From positions 31,865-95,864 of the forward strand of contig JAQUEL010000001.1 of the NCBI GenBank assembly GCA_028685295.1: DNA of 64,000 nucleotides, read 5' to 3'. Below are positions 50,281 to 60,531 of this stretch, piece by piece. The stretch is from a bacterium. Its GTDB lineage: Bacteria; UBP13; UBA5359. Under the pieces are notes generated by a model. The model was not told the origin of the DNA. It ran no database searches and was given only the letters and a program-made list of their open reading frames with translations. Within the stretch, counting starts at the first letter, position 1, and every line of letters starts with the position of its first letter. The position numbers were made by a program, and so were the translations under genes.

Positions 50281-50813
50281 AAGAGGTGATCAAGCTCGGT
50301 CTGGCATTGTTGGTGATATGTGCCATAGCCGGATTGGCGCTGGGGCTTACATATAATATAACATTACCCAGGATAAAGGCACAGGAGGAAGCGGCCAGGC
50401 AAAGATTATACCGGAATCTTCTTCCCGGGGCCGATATTTTCAAAGAGATTACAATCGGTACCCATAAATACCAGATGGGGTTGCTGCATGGCCAAAGGAT
50501 AGGCGTGGTTTCTACTGTTACGGGCAAGGGCTATGGCGGTGACATTGTTATCGTAGTCGGCATAGACCAGGTAGGAAGGGTAACCGGGGTCAGTATCTTA
50601 TCGCAAAATGAAACACCAGGGTTAGGCAGCAAAGCGGCACAGCTACCCTTTCTCAGGCAGTATGCCGGTAAAGGTGCGGAAGAACTGAAATTGAGGGTAG
50701 ATGGAGGAAAGATCGATGCTGTAACTGCAGCCACAATAACTTCCAGGGCTGTGACAAGCGGGGTGAAGGGTGCGGTGGATCAGTATCTCCACGATAAAGA
50801 GAGGTTGAAATGA
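50277..50813 (+). CDS. rnfG: Rnf complex subunit G (FMN-binding)
   Basis: ATGA overlap with rnfD. N-terminal TM; FMN-binding motif region TGKGYGG...TPGLG; AVTAATITS motif. Confidence 0.85.
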   Translation: MKEVIKLGLALLVICAIAGLALGLTYNITLPRIKAQEEAARQRLYRNLLPGADIFKEITIGTHKYQMGLLHGQRIGVVSTVTGKGYGGDIVIVVGIDQVGRVTGVSILSQNETPGLGSKAAQLPFLRQYAGKGAEELKLRVDGGKIDAVTAATITSRAVTSGVKGAVDQYLHDKERLK

Positions 50814-51433
50814 GACCTATCGAAGATTTTAGCAACGGACTTTTCCGGGAAAACCCGACCTTCAGGCTTATTCTGGGAATGTGTCCTGCATTGGCGGTTA
50901 CCACCGCCGCCATTAACGGTCTCGGCATGGGTCTGGCCACTACTTTTGTGTTGGTATGCTCCAATACCATCATCTCTCTTTTACGTAAAGTTATCCCGGA
51001 GGATATAAGGATACCTGCCTATATCGTCGTGATTTCCAGTTTCGTAACGGTTGTTCAATTGGTAATGCAGGGGTTCGCTCCAGAACTATACGGCATTCTG
51101 GGAATTTTCGTTCCCCTTATTGTGGTCAATTGTATTATTCTGGCCAGGGCTGAGGCATTTGCCGGAAAATATGGTGTTGTGCGATCGGCAGCCGATGGCC
51201 TGGGGATGGGATTAGGATTTACCTGGGCGCTTACTTTGCTGGGCGCTGTACGTGAAGTCATCGGTACCGGCAGTCTGTCCAATACATATCGGTTGTTTCT
51301 CATACCGCAGTTCTCTTTAAAAATTATCCGTGGGTTCTATGATCCGGCTTTGATAACGATCCTGGCTCCGGGAGCGTTTATCACGCTTGGTCTGATGATA
51401 GGCTTAATGAATCTTCTTACAAAGCATCGTTGA
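50810..51433 (+). CDS. rnfE: Rnf complex subunit E
   Basis: ATGA overlap with rnfG; NqrD/RnfE-like 6-TM protein. Confidence 0.9.
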   Translation: MRPIEDFSNGLFRENPTFRLILGMCPALAVTTAAINGLGMGLATTFVLVCSNTIISLLRKVIPEDIRIPAYIVVISSFVTVVQLVMQGFAPELYGILGIFVPLIVVNCIILARAEAFAGKYGVVRSAADGLGMGLGFTWALTLLGAVREVIGTGSLSNTYRLFLIPQFSLKIIRGFYDPALITILAPGAFITLGLMIGLMNLLTKHR

Positions 51434-51445
51434 GGTGAACAACGT

Positions 51446-52030
51446 ATGGATATCAGAGAGATAATGATTGTTATCATCAGTGCTGTTCTAATAAATAATT
51501 ATGTCTTGCAGCGTTTTTTAGGTTGCTGTCCTTATCTGGGGGTATCCAAGCAACTGGAAACCGCTCTGGGCATGGGTATGGCCGTCACCTTTGTCATGGC
51601 TATAGCTTCAGCCTTTACCTGGATAGTGCAACATTATATCCTGCTGCCGTTGGATCTAATTTTTCTGCAAACTATAGCCTTTATTCTGGTCATAGCTGCG
51701 CTTGTTCAATTTGTTGAGCTGGTGATCAGGAAAAGCAGCCCGACTTTATATCAGGCGCTGGGCATCTATCTGCCTTTAATAACGACCAATTGTGCTGTTC
51801 TTGGCGTGGCGGTAATTAATATCAGAGCCGGTTACGGCTTTTTACCCAGTTTGGTTAACGGAACTGCAGCAGCAATAGGTTTTACCTTAGCTATAATATT
51901 GATGGCTGGAATAAGAGAGCGGATTGAATTGAGCGATGTCCCACCGGCCTTGCGTGGCGTACCGATAGCATTAATAACCGCCGGCCTTCTTTCTCTGGCA
52001 TTCTTCGGATTTGCCGGCATGGTAAAATGA
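51446..52030 (+). CDS. rnfA: Rnf complex subunit A
   Basis: NqrE/RnfA-like 6-TM protein; 194 aa. Confidence 0.9.
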   Translation: MDIREIMIVIISAVLINNYVLQRFLGCCPYLGVSKQLETALGMGMAVTFVMAIASAFTWIVQHYILLPLDLIFLQTIAFILVIAALVQFVELVIRKSSPTLYQALGIYLPLITTNCAVLGVAVINIRAGYGFLPSLVNGTAAAIGFTLAIILMAGIRERIELSDVPPALRGVPIALITAGLLSLAFFGFAGMVK

Positions 52031-52088
52031 GGGCGGCAGTGGATATTGTGCGACGATGTGGTTATAATGGCATGAGGGGGCTGCACCG

Positions 52089-52901
52089 ATGAGTTCCAAT
52101 ATAATTTTATCGGTGGCTGTCCTAGCTGCGTTGGGCTTTATTCTAGGTGCCGGCCTGGCTTATGCCGCCAGAGCTTTTGCCATTACCAGAGATCCGCGCA
52201 TTGATGCCGTGTTGGCGGAGTTGCCCGGCGCCAACTGTGGTGCCTGTGGCTATCCAGGATGCTCCGGGTATGCTGAAGCTCTCGTTATCGGCAGCGCTCT
52301 TATAACCGGGTGTCCGGTTTCCAGAAAGGAGGCCAGCGAACGTATAGCAGATATTATCGGGCAGGAAGAGAGAATGAACATTAACTCCGATAAACTGATA
52401 TCGGTAGTCAAATGCTGTGGTAATAACAATACGTCTGCCAGGATCTTTAATTATTCCGGTCTGGAGGATTGCCGAGCTGCGACACGCTTTTACGATGGCC
52501 CTAAAAAATGCCGGCATGGGTGCCTGGGTATGGGTACATGTATAAGCGTTTGTCCGTTTAACGCTATAACGATGTCTCCCCTCAAGTTACCTGTTATAGA
52601 CAGAGATAGGTGTGCCGGATGCGGTCTATGCGTTGATGCTTGTCCAAGGCAAGTTATGGTCATGATGCCGGAAAGAAGCGGCATACAAGTGCTTTGCAAT
52701 TCAGGAGAAGCGGCCAAAGCGGCACGGCAAGTTTGTAGCAAGAGCTGTATTAAGTGTCATAAATGCGCTAATATCTGTCCTGCCGAAGCTATCTTCTTTG
52801 ATAATGGCCCGGCAAAGATCAATTTCGATTTATGCACTAATTGCGGGTTATGTGTGCAAGAATGCCCCGTAAAGTGTATTTACGAAACTAATAGAGGGTA
52901 G
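52089..52901 (+). CDS. rnfB: Rnf complex subunit B (ferredoxin-like, multiple [4Fe-4S] motifs)
   Basis: N-terminal TM, CGACGYPGCSGY motif, several CxxCxxCxxxCP clusters. Confidence 0.85.
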   Translation: MSSNIILSVAVLAALGFILGAGLAYAARAFAITRDPRIDAVLAELPGANCGACGYPGCSGYAEALVIGSALITGCPVSRKEASERIADIIGQEERMNINSDKLISVVKCCGNNNTSARIFNYSGLEDCRAATRFYDGPKKCRHGCLGMGTCISVCPFNAITMSPLKLPVIDRDRCAGCGLCVDACPRQVMVMMPERSGIQVLCNSGEAAKAARQVCSKSCIKCHKCANICPAEAIFFDNGPAKINFDLCTNCGLCVQECPVKCIYETNRG

Positions 52902-52933
52902 AATAAATATATATTATCAAAAAGGGGTGTATT

Positions 52934-54358
52934 ATGCCGGCAAATATTGTCTTTGCGGGGATTGTACCACATCCACCACTGCTGATCCCGGCTGTGGGCG
53001 GAAAAAAGGTGGACGACGTAGCTGCAACCGTTGCGGGTATGCAGGAGATGGTAAGACAGCTACATGGTTCCGGTGCTGAGACGGTTGTTATAATTACTCC
53101 TCACAGCCCTTATGTCGACAGCAGCATTACTGTTCTGGATCTGCCCGTTCTACAAGGAGATCTCTCCTCTTTTGGTGTTCCTGAAGCTGAGTATGAGATT
53201 GCAGGGGATAAGGAATTGGCTGGAGAGATATTGAATCAGGCTAATTTGGCAAATGTAGCTGTAAATGGTGTTACTCCGGAAACGGTAAGTGCTGTCGTTT
53301 GGCCGACTCTGGATCATGGAATATTAGTATTTCTGTACTATCTGCAGGAAGCAGGTTTACAGATCCCTATGGTAGCTCTTTCAATAGGTCTGGATACATC
53401 ATATGAGGATCACTACGTTATGGGAGAAGCTGTCCAGAAGGCCGCTATTGTTCTGGATCGGAAAGTTGCTTTCGTTGCCAGCGGAGATTTGTCTCACAGA
53501 TTGACGTTATCGGCACCGGCGGGATACAGCCCCAGAGCATATGAGTTCGATGAAGCCGTCATAGCGGCTCTGTTAAAAGCCGATCCTATTTCTCTGGTAA
53601 CCATTGATCCGGATTTGCGTAAGGAGGCCGGGGAATGCGGTTATCGCTCAGCTATGGCGCTACTGGGAGCGGTCAACGGATTAGATGTTGAAGCTGTCAA
53701 ACTTTCATATGAAGGGCCTTACGGCGTTGGATATCTGAATCTGTATTATCGCATTAAGGGCTTGAAGCCGAAACGAAACCTGGCCGCCGCTGTCTACAGT
53801 GCAGAGCGTTTCTCTGAAGATGCGGATATTATCAGAGGAAAGGAACTACTTACCTTAGCCAGATATGCAGTGGAAAGCTACGTTAATACAGGGGAGAAGC
53901 TTGATAATCCCAGCCGAATAGCTCCTCATTGGCAGCAGAGCAAGGCAGGAGCCTTTGTCTGTATAAAGCATGAGGGTGGATTGCGCGGATGCATAGGCAC
54001 TGTTTATCCAACCGAGGAGAGCATTGCGGAAGAGGTGTGCCGTAATGCCATCAATGCCGCTGTTGCAGATCCTCGTTTTCCCGGCATAAGCCGGCACGAA
54101 TTGTCCCGGTTGTCTTATGCAGTAGATCTCCTCCATGAGCCTGAGCTCATATCCGGTCCGGAGGAACTGGATCCTGTTGTATATGGAGTTATCGTTAAAG
54201 CAGGTGCCAAAAGCGGCTTGCTGCTGCCCAATCTTGAGGGGGTTGATACGCCGGAACAGCAGATAGATATTGCCAGACGTAAAGCCGGTATACGAAATAA
54301 CGAAGATATTCAGCTGTGGCGTTTCAAAGTGGATAGATACGAGGAATATCAAGATTGA
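52934..54358 (+). CDS. fusion protein: class III extradiol dioxygenase (LigB/Memo-like) domain + C-terminal AMMECR1 domain
   Basis: N-terminal HPPLL/HSP and SGDLSH motifs (LigB family). C-terminal AMMECR1 hallmark GAFVCIKHEGGLRGCIGT. Confidence 0.7.
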   Translation: MPANIVFAGIVPHPPLLIPAVGGKKVDDVAATVAGMQEMVRQLHGSGAETVVIITPHSPYVDSSITVLDLPVLQGDLSSFGVPEAEYEIAGDKELAGEILNQANLANVAVNGVTPETVSAVVWPTLDHGILVFLYYLQEAGLQIPMVALSIGLDTSYEDHYVMGEAVQKAAIVLDRKVAFVASGDLSHRLTLSAPAGYSPRAYEFDEAVIAALLKADPISLVTIDPDLRKEAGECGYRSAMALLGAVNGLDVEAVKLSYEGPYGVGYLNLYYRIKGLKPKRNLAAAVYSAERFSEDADIIRGKELLTLARYAVESYVNTGEKLDNPSRIAPHWQQSKAGAFVCIKHEGGLRGCIGTVYPTEESIAEEVCRNAINAAVADPRFPGISRHELSRLSYAVDLLHEPELISGPEELDPVVYGVIVKAGAKSGLLLPNLEGVDTPEQQIDIARRKAGIRNNEDIQLWRFKVDRYEEYQD

Positions 54359-54389
54359 CCGTAACGGCGACTCAGTATAAAATAGCTTT

Positions 54390-54995
54390 ATGAGTTCGGT
54401 AATGATGCTCCATTGCACGAAAGGAACAATCCGAGTGATTAAGCATATAAATAAGAATAGGGTTCTGCTGCTGGTGATCGATATGCAGGAGCAGCTGATG
54501 CCGGTTGTCTGTAATAGTATGGAAGTAATCGGCCAGGCTGAAAGAGCCGTAGCCGTTTTTCAGGCTTTAGATCTGCCGATAATGGTAACAGAGCAATACC
54601 CCAAAGGACTGGGAGCAACGGTCGCCAGGCTTCAGCCTTTTCTGAATCGATGCAACCTCTTTGAGAAAATGAGCTTTAGTTGCTGTGGCGAAGAGAGCTT
54701 CAGCAGGGCTCTTGACGATTTAGGCAAAACGGATATAGTGATCGCTGGTGTGGAGGCACATGTCTGTGTGTTGCAGACGGCCCTTGATTTGACGGATAAG
54801 GGGTATAATCCGTATATTATGGTGGATGCCGTTTCATCGCAGCGTGAGATGGATATGGATATCGCGTTGAAACGAGCGGAATCATCCGGGGTTGTTCTCA
54901 CAACTGTGGAAAGCGTAATCTTTGAGATAATAAGAACGGCGGGAAGTAAGGAGTTTAAGGCATATCGCTCAGCTCTTGCTCGTCTTGTTCCATAA
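54390..54995 (+). CDS. isochorismatase-family cysteine hydrolase
   Basis: LLLVIDMQ N-terminal motif, catalytic Cys in GVEAHVCVLQT. True start possibly GTG 54435 (SD AAGGAA 8 nt upstream). Confidence 0.75.
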   Translation: MSSVMMLHCTKGTIRVIKHINKNRVLLLVIDMQEQLMPVVCNSMEVIGQAERAVAVFQALDLPIMVTEQYPKGLGATVARLQPFLNRCNLFEKMSFSCCGEESFSRALDDLGKTDIVIAGVEAHVCVLQTALDLTDKGYNPYIMVDAVSSQREMDMDIALKRAESSGVVLTTVESVIFEIIRTAGSKEFKAYRSALARLVP

Positions 54996-55010
54996 ATAAC
55001 TGGTGGTATT

Positions 55011-56099
55011 ATGGCTAAAAAAATCTTTGTTGCCGCTACTATGCGCAATGACGGCAAAACCATGCTTTCGTTGGGGCTTATATCGGCTCTACGGAAGAGA
55101 AATTTGCGTGTCGGTTTTATCAAGCCGGTGGGGCAACGTTATCTGGAGATCGACGGACATAAAGTAGACGAAGATTCCATTCTGGCAAAAGAGGTTTTCA
55201 ATCTTGACGATGCCTTGTCGGATATGAGTCCCCTTGCGATAGCAAGGGGGTTTACCGAGGATTACATTGAATCCGGGAATTACAAGCCTTTGCGTGAGCG
55301 GATTATGGATTCCTATGCCAGAGTGGCTGCCGGTAAAGACTTTGTTGTTGTAGAAGGTACGGGACATGCTGGTGTGGGCTCTGTTTTTGATCTATCCAAC
55401 GCTACTGTTGCCGGAATGCTTGGAGCAAAGGTAGTGATTGTCTCCCAGGGAGGCGTCGGCAGACCGATAGATGAGATAAGTCTTAGCTCAGCCTTATTCA
55501 AGCTTGAAGGTGTGGATGTCATAGGCACGGTTATCAATAAGGTTTTACCGGCCAAGTATGAAAAAATCAGTCATTATCTGAGATTAGGTCTGGGGAGGAA
55601 GAATATAAGCCTGCTTGGATCGTTACCATATAATGATGTGCTCTCCAATCCTACTATAGATCAGATAGTGGAGGGGTTGGAGTGCGAAATTCTCAGCGGC
55701 AGCGAAGTCCTTAACAGAATGGTTAAGGATTTCTTCATTGGTGCCATGACCCCGCATCAGGCTTTGACCGTTATAAAGCCGGGCTCTTTGCTGATAGCGC
55801 CGGGAGATCGTGAAGATATGCTTTTGGCGGCTATGATCAAGCATAATTTGTCAGATGAGCCTATGATCGCCGGGATACTCCTGACAGGCGGCATAATGCC
55901 GCATACTTCTATTCTGGATTTATTGAAGAAGGTTAACTTGCCTATTCTGGCTACGACAATGGATACGTATAAGGCAGCTTCGGCCATTAACGATCTAACG
56001 GTTAAGATACGCGGCACAGACAGTGTAAAGATAGCACTCGCTGCTGAGATAATCGAGAGTTATATTAATGTTGATGCGCTTTTGGATTTATTGAATTAA
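55011..56099 (+). CDS. phosphotransacetylase N-terminal regulatory domain protein (AAA_26 + DRTGG), stand-alone
   Basis: Resembles the N-terminal ~350 aa of long-form Pta: KTMLSLGLISAL...KPVGQ P-loop-like region, DRTGG-like LLTGG. Confidence 0.7.
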   Translation: MAKKIFVAATMRNDGKTMLSLGLISALRKRNLRVGFIKPVGQRYLEIDGHKVDEDSILAKEVFNLDDALSDMSPLAIARGFTEDYIESGNYKPLRERIMDSYARVAAGKDFVVVEGTGHAGVGSVFDLSNATVAGMLGAKVVIVSQGGVGRPIDEISLSSALFKLEGVDVIGTVINKVLPAKYEKISHYLRLGLGRKNISLLGSLPYNDVLSNPTIDQIVEGLECEILSGSEVLNRMVKDFFIGAMTPHQALTVIKPGSLLIAPGDREDMLLAAMIKHNLSDEPMIAGILLTGGIMPHTSILDLLKKVNLPILATTMDTYKAASAINDLTVKIRGTDSVKIALAAEIIESYINVDALLDLLN

Positions 56100-56123
56100 G
56101 CGCAAAAGCATCGGGAGGTAAGA

Positions 56124-57125
56124 ATGAGCATTATTGAAAGGATCAGACAGGAAGCGGTCTCTTTGGATAAGCGGATAGTCTATCCGGAAGGTGAGGATGA
56201 ACGATTGATAATCGCATCCTCTATGGTAACAAGTGAGGGAATAGCCAGAGTCTTTTTACTGGGTGATGAAAAAGTTATTAGAGAGAAAGCTGCTGAAAGA
56301 GGTGTTTCTCTATCCGCTGTGCAGATCATAAACCCTCTTCTTTCCGAAAATTTAGAGAAATACGCCGAATTGCTCTACGAATTGCGCCGCAGCAAAGGAA
56401 TGACCCGCGAAGAGGCGCTGGAAACAGCTAAAGATCCCATGTATTATGCTGTACTTATGGTAAAGAACGGTGACGCCGATGGAGAGGTAGCAGGAGCTTC
56501 CCATGCAACGGCGGATACAGTAAGGCCTGCATTACAGGTGATCAAGACGGCGCCCGGAGTGAATCAGGTATCCAGCTTTTTTGCTATGGTCGTACCTGAT
56601 CATAGATTTGGTGAAGATGGAACTTTTATTTTTGCGGATTGCGGCTTGACACCTGATCCCACTGCTGAGGGTTTGGCTGATATAGCTATTGCCTCAGCAG
56701 ATACGGCTGTAAGGCTGCTGGGATTTTCAGAGGCCAAAGTGGCGCTGCTCTCTTTTTCTACCAAGGGAAGCGCCAGCCATCCTCTGGTGGATAAGGTAGT
56801 GGAGGCAACCCGTATTGCGCATGAAAAACGCCCGGATCTGAAGCTTGATGGCGAATTACAGGCAGATGCAGCGATTATTCCTGATGTGGCTGCTAAAAAG
56901 GCCGAAAGCAGCCCTCTGAAGGGCCGGGCCAATGTTTTGATCTTTCCAGATCTGCAGGCGGGCAATATAGGTTACAAGCTGGTGGAACGGCTGGCAAAGG
57001 CTGAGGCTTATGGACCTATACTACAGGGGCTTGCCAAACCGGTGAACGATTTATCGCGTGGATGCAATGTAGAGGACATCGTGAATGTTACTGCCATAAC
57101 GGCGTTGCAAGCTAAGCAGATCTAA
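56124..57125 (+). CDS. pta: phosphate acetyltransferase (catalytic domain only)
   Basis: Pta core motifs [41 protein letters not shown]. Confidence 0.9.
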   Translation: MSIIERIRQEAVSLDKRIVYPEGEDERLIIASSMVTSEGIARVFLLGDEKVIREKAAERGVSLSAVQIINPLLSENLEKYAELLYELRRSKGMTREEALETAKDPMYYAVLMVKNGDADGEVAGASHATADTVRPALQVIKTAPGVNQVSSFFAMVVPDHRFGEDGTFIFADCGLTPDPTAEGLADIAIASADTAVRLLGFSEAKVALLSFSTKGSASHPLVDKVVEATRIAHEKRPDLKLDGELQADAAIIPDVAAKKAESSPLKGRANVLIFPDLQAGNIGYKLVERLAKAEAYGPILQGLAKPVNDLSRGCNVEDIVNVTAITALQAKQI

Positions 57126-57260
57126 GGGCCTCTGGTCGGGTGATAAGACAAAGAAGGGCTTGTGCGCTGAGTTACCGGCTGGAGTTGTTTCACAGCAGCC
57201 GTGTTGGCTCTTGCCAGAAATACGGATTAGTGGTTAATATATGAAGCATCCGGTCCGTTT

Positions 57261-57281
57261 GAGAAGTGAGAAGTGAGAAGT
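57261..57281. repeat. tandem heptamer GAGAAGT x3 in the leader of the MeTr methyltransferase gene
   Basis: gagaagtgagaagtgagaagt read directly; lies in a 267-nt non-coding leader. Confidence 0.5.
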
Positions 57282-57392
57282 GAAATCGGAGTGAATTCTT
57301 TGAAATTGGGGCACGTTTGCAGGTTAAGGCACTCGCCGATGCTTTGCGAGCTTTGACGCGATAGGCACAAAGACACTGAAAGTGAGGAACAA

Positions 57393-58211
57393 ATGATCAT
57401 AATTGGTGAAAAGATAAATACCAGCCGTAAGGAAGTCGAAGCTGCTGTAAGGAATGGCGATTCACATTTTATCGGTAACCTCGCTCGCATGCAGGCTGAG
57501 GCAGGTGCCGACTATATCGATGTCAATGCAGGTACCTTTGTAAATGATGAACCTGTGATGTTGGAATGGCTGGTGAAGACGGTTCAGGCTGTTGCAGATA
57601 AGCCTTTATGCATCGACACTCCGAACCCTCTGGCTCTGGCAAAGGCGCTTGAAGTTCATAAAGGCAAGGCTATGATCAATTCAATAACTGCCGAGACGGC
57701 GCGTTATGATAATACGCTGCCTCTGATAAGGGATTACGGCTGTGCTGTTATTGCCCTCTGTATGGATGACAGAGGCATTCCCGAAGGGGCGACGGAAAGA
57801 ATTGACATAGCAGGCAGGCTTTACAACAGTCTGCTTGCCGGCGGTGTGAAAGCCGAAGATATTTATTTCGATCCCCTGCTTCGTCCCATCAGTACAGGAG
57901 GAGATAGCGCCAAGGTGGCTTTAACCGTCATAGAAGGTATTATGCGTCTTTATCCAAGCGTACATACTATATGTGGTTTAAGCAATATCTCCTACGGTCT
58001 TCCTCACAGAAGACTGCTGAACAGAGCATTCCTTGCTATGGCGGTGATGGTTGGTCTGGATGCGGTCATACTGGACCCGAACGATAAGGATCTGATGGCG
58101 GAATTGCTGGCTGCGGAAGCTTTGTCGGGTCGGGATGAATTCTGTATTAATTATATAACAGCATCAAGAGGGTCTGCTCTCGGCACCTGTAACGGCTTGT
58201 CGGAGGCATAG
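57393..58211 (+). CDS. pterin-binding (MeTr) domain methyltransferase, AcsE/MtrH-like methyltetrahydrofolate:corrinoid methyltransferase
   Basis: Pterin-binding domain motifs: IIGEKIN, GADYIDVNAG, MINSIT, YFDPL, GLSNISYGLP. 272 aa stand-alone. Confidence 0.75.
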   Translation: MIIIGEKINTSRKEVEAAVRNGDSHFIGNLARMQAEAGADYIDVNAGTFVNDEPVMLEWLVKTVQAVADKPLCIDTPNPLALAKALEVHKGKAMINSITAETARYDNTLPLIRDYGCAVIALCMDDRGIPEGATERIDIAGRLYNSLLAGGVKAEDIYFDPLLRPISTGGDSAKVALTVIEGIMRLYPSVHTICGLSNISYGLPHRRLLNRAFLAMAVMVGLDAVILDPNDKDLMAELLAAEALSGRDEFCINYITASRGSALGTCNGLSEA

Positions 58212-58270
58212 CCGGTAAATTATTGTGCTTATTGGGGATACTAAAAAGGAAGGCAGGATAGATAATAGTT

Positions 58271-59116
58271 ATGTATAAGATAGAATATGCAGCTGATCTG
58301 GCCGAGAGTATCAAGCTCCTGGTCGTATTGGCTCCAATGGTGGCGGCCAAGGCACAGGCCGGGCATTTTGTAGTTGTAAGAAATGGAGAAAAGGGTGAGC
58401 GCATCCCGCTGACCATTGCAGGTTATGATCGTCAAAAGGGCACGATAACTCTGGTGGTGCAGAGTGTAGGCAAGAGTTCTTCCGAAATCTGTGCTTTACA
58501 GGAGGGCGATGCTTTGACCGATGTGCTGGGGCCGCTGGGACATGCTACACATATAGAACGTGTTGGGACCGTTCTGTGTGTCGCGGGCGGCGTGGGGGTT
58601 GCGCCTGTATATCCTATAGCGAAGGCCTTCAAGGAAGCAGGAAACAGGCTTATCTCTGTTATAGGCGCACGATCAAAAGATTTGATTTTTTTTCAGACCG
58701 AGATGAAAGCCGTAAGCGATGTGGTTCACTATACTACGGATGACGGCAGTTACGGGCTACATGGCTTTGTAACTGATGCTGTCAAGAATATCGTCGAGGG
58801 CGGAGAGAAGGTGGATAAGGTTATTGCCATCGGACCTCTGCCGATGATGAAAGCGGTAGCTGACCTTACCCGAAATTATGGCATATCCACTGTGGTGAGT
58901 CTCAATGCCTTAATGGTGGATGGTACCGGCATGTGTGGCGGTTGTCGTGTTACCGTAGGCGGAGAGACAAAGTTCTCCTGTGTTGATGGACCGGATTTTG
59001 ATGGGCATAAAGTTGATTTTGCAGAGCTGCTGAGAAGACAGACTCGTTTCAGTGAGGAAGAAAAGATGGCCTATGGCAGGTACAGAAAAGAGGAACACAA
59101 GTGTCGGATAAGGTAA
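58271..59116 (+). CDS. nfnA: NfnA/SudB-like ferredoxin-NADP+ reductase subunit (PyrK-like FAD/[2Fe-2S] protein)
   Basis: PyrK-like FAD/NAD fold with C-terminal CGGC..C cluster (GTGMCGGCRV...CVDGP). Paired with the GltD-like gene downstream. Confidence 0.75.
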   Translation: MYKIEYAADLAESIKLLVVLAPMVAAKAQAGHFVVVRNGEKGERIPLTIAGYDRQKGTITLVVQSVGKSSSEICALQEGDALTDVLGPLGHATHIERVGTVLCVAGGVGVAPVYPIAKAFKEAGNRLISVIGARSKDLIFFQTEMKAVSDVVHYTTDDGSYGLHGFVTDAVKNIVEGGEKVDKVIAIGPLPMMKAVADLTRNYGISTVVSLNALMVDGTGMCGGCRVTVGGETKFSCVDGPDFDGHKVDFAELLRRQTRFSEEEKMAYGRYRKEEHKCRIR

Positions 59117-60492
59117 GAATGCGGGAACAATCTCCCGAAGAGCGGATAAAGAACTTTAATGAGGTGCCTTACGGTTATGATGAACGTGAGGCTTTACAGG
59201 AAGCTTCGCGTTGCCTGGGCTGCAAGAAGCATCCCTGTACCCGGGGATGCCCGGTTGAGGTGAATATCCCCGAGTTCATTGCCAGGATAAAGGAGAGCGA
59301 TTTTATAGGCGCTGTTGAAGTTATTAAGCGCAAGAACAGCCTGCCTGCCATTTGTGGACGTGTCTGCCCCCAGGAGAATCAGTGTGAATCTTATTGTGTT
59401 CTAGGCCGCAAGGGTGAGCCGGTAGCCATAGGCAGGCTGGAGAGGTTTGCGGCTGATTATGAGAGAGAGCATCGTCAGACCGGTATGACGGCTGCACCAT
59501 CCTCTGGAAGTAAAACCAAAGTGGCGGTTATCGGTGCTGGCCCGGCCGGCCTTACTGCAGCTGCCGATCTGGCCTTGTTGGGATACGAGGTTGTCCTCTT
59601 TGAGGCGTTGCATGCCCCTGGAGGTGTTCTTAGATACGGTATACCGGAATTTCGGCTGCCCAAGGCCATTCTTGATGAAGAGGTGGGATATATCCGTAGT
59701 CTCGGGGTGGATATCAGATATAATATGCTGGTGGGCGCTACGCTGTCCATTGATGATCTCTTTGCCGATGGCTATAAGGCCGTCTTTATCGGTACAGGCG
59801 CCGGGCTGCCGTACTTTTTGGGTATCCCCGGTGAAAATTTAAACGGCGTTTACTCTGCCAATGAATTTTTGACCCGTGTAAATCTGATGCGAGCCTACCG
59901 TTTCCCGGAGTATGACACTCCGGTACGCATCGGGCGGCATGTTGCCGTAGTAGGCGGCGGCAATGTGGCCATGGATGCTGCCAGAACAGCTTTACGCCTG
60001 GGTGCGGATAAAGTGAGCATAGTTTATAGACGCGCCTGGGAAGAGATGCCGGCTCGTGCGGAAGAAAAACATCATGGGCGCGAGGAGGGTATTGATTTTA
60101 AGCTTCTGAACAACCCTGTTGCCATTCTGGGCGATGAGAAGGGCTGGGTCAAGGGTATGGAATGTGTTCGTATGGAACTGGGCGAACCGGATGAAAGCGG
60201 TAGGCGTCGGCCTGTGGTTATTGAAGGATCGGAATATGTGCTTGATGTGGATACGGTTGTCGTGTCCATCGGTCAGGGACCAAACCCATTGCTTGTGCAG
60301 AGCACCAGCGGTCTGGAGACGAATAAACGGGGTAATATAACGGCTGACCCCGATACTATGGCCACCAGCATTCCCGGCGTTTATGCCGGTGGCGATATTG
60401 TTACCGGAGCAGCTACTGTCATAGCCGCTATGGGTGCCGGTAAGATTGCTGCCGGGAATATAGATAAATATTTAAAGATCAAAGGCTTGTGA
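59101..60492 (+). CDS. nfnB: NfnB/SudA-like NADPH-dependent oxidoreductase (glutamate synthase small-subunit family)
   Basis: GltD-like N-terminal Fe-S motifs (CLGCKKHPCTRGCPVEVNIP; CGRVCPQENQCESYC); FAD/NADPH motifs VAVIGAGPAGL and VVGGGNVAMD. Confidence 0.8.
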   Translation: MSDKVRMREQSPEERIKNFNEVPYGYDEREALQEASRCLGCKKHPCTRGCPVEVNIPEFIARIKESDFIGAVEVIKRKNSLPAICGRVCPQENQCESYCVLGRKGEPVAIGRLERFAADYEREHRQTGMTAAPSSGSKTKVAVIGAGPAGLTAAADLALLGYEVVLFEALHAPGGVLRYGIPEFRLPKAILDEEVGYIRSLGVDIRYNMLVGATLSIDDLFADGYKAVFIGTGAGLPYFLGIPGENLNGVYSANEFLTRVNLMRAYRFPEYDTPVRIGRHVAVVGGGNVAMDAARTALRLGADKVSIVYRRAWEEMPARAEEKHHGREEGIDFKLLNNPVAILGDEKGWVKGMECVRMELGEPDESGRRRPVVIEGSEYVLDVDTVVVSIGQGPNPLLVQSTSGLETNKRGNITADPDTMATSIPGVYAGGDIVTGAATVIAAMGAGKIAAGNIDKYLKIKGL

Positions 60493-60531
60493 ATTTGATC
60501 ATAGGCTTAACTAGCACAGAGGAGGTTGGAT

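Noticed and set aside
49965-50813. 282-aa ORF-track call spanning rnfD/rnfG
   Set aside because: The N-terminal two-thirds is an alternative frame inside rnfD. The real rnfG starts at ATG 50277 (ATGA overlap) with a TM helix and FMN-binding motif.
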